Shown here piece by piece: positions 54,162 to 54,579 of a stretch of 54,579 nt of DNA. The stretch comes from a virus (taxonomy: Duplodnaviria; Caudoviricetes). Within the stretch, counting starts at the first letter, position 1. Each line of letters starts with the position of its first letter. A program made the position numbers and the translations under genes. The stretch is from the IMG/VR virus record IMGVR_UViG_3300047548_000110, positions 1-54,579 of that record. One strand, 5' to 3'. A model generated the notes under the pieces. That model made no database searches. It saw nothing but the letters and a program-made list of their open reading frames with translations, and was not told where the DNA came from.

Positions 54162-54470
54162 TTAGAAGTTGTAGTCGTAAAACTTGACCGGCTCGTCGCC
54201 AAGCGCAAAACGGCGACCGTGAGCATCTTTCCAGCCATTCTTGCCGAGACGGATGCGGAACACGCGACCCTGCTCGTTCGGGGTTATGAACCAATTCTGG
54301 TCGCGCTGGTTAGAGCAATGAGCCGAGAAGCCGCCAACGTGGAACTCCAGCTTGACCGATTCGTCGCGCTCGCAATGCATTTCGCGAACTTCGAGAGTCT
54401 TGTCGCTGACAACACGGATAACTTCATATGGGTCAATGTCGCTGTAGCCGAGGTGGTTTGCATATTTCAT
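54162..54470 (-). CDS. conserved phage hypothetical protein
   Basis: KYANHLGYSDIDPYEV...GGFSAHC.NQ..Q.W...KFYDYNF; AAGGAG RBS. Confidence 0.7.
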   Translation of the reverse strand: MKYANHLGYSDIDPYEVIRVVSDKTLEVREMHCERDESVKLEFHVGGFSAHCSNQRDQNWFITPNEQGRVFRIRLGKNGWKDAHGRRFALGDEPVKFYDYNF

Positions 54471-54508
54471 GATTCGCTCCTTATTCAATGTCCTGCGAAG
54501 TGCAGTGA

Positions 54509-54542
54509 TGTAATCTTAGGTTAAACGATTGGGGGTCGTCAA
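54509..54542 (-). promoter_or_regulatory. sigma70-like promoter with 17-bp operator
   Basis: TTGACG-18-TAAGAT; TGTAA-TCTTAGG-TTAAA at 54509-54525. Confidence 0.55.
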
Positions 54543-54579
54543 CCCCTTTTTGCAAATATTTTTAATTTATTTTTATGGG

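Noticed and set aside
1-54579. Terminal repeats or circular closure of the genome
   Set aside because: The left end starts inside the DUF2303-like gene and does not join the right end; the window is incomplete

Overview
The window is a large, probably near-complete segment of a dsDNA tailed phage genome with podovirus-like (P22/Sf6-type) architecture. An embedded Rz/Rz1 spanin pair indicates a Gram-negative host. Almost all genes are on the minus strand. In transcription order (right to left) they are: many small accessory genes (54.5-47 kb) with a tRNA-Tyr and adjacent structured non-coding elements; GIY-YIG nuclease, terminase small and large subunits, portal, GroES-like co-chaperonin, scaffold, major capsid protein; fibre and adaptor genes; a lysis cassette (holin, Rz/Rz1, GH108 endolysin) in the middle of the structural genes; tail proteins; and four large internal/ejection proteins. 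A short plus-strand early operon (6.9-10.4 kb: SSB-like protein, HTH, PD-(D/E)XK nuclease) diverges from a cro-like gene that heads the replication operon (c4-like RNA, initiator, SF4 helicase, RusA, Ref-like nuclease, Acb2/Tad1-like protein, YfdP/YfdQ-like pair). I saw no integrase or CI repressor. The standout feature is an acyl carrier protein plus a catalytically intact beta-ketoacyl synthase, translationally coupled inside the virion assembly operon just upstream of a possible acyltransferase and the ejection proteins. This suggests a phage-encoded virion protein acylation system, which is a hypothesis only. Also notable are a [YFMKL]-x-x-G-G motif repeated about 25 times in six late proteins, a 17-bp operator (TGTAA-N7-TTACA) at each promoter region I could identify, and a duplicated RNA stem motif downstream of the tRNA. 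All calls come from reading motifs by eye; no searches were run.
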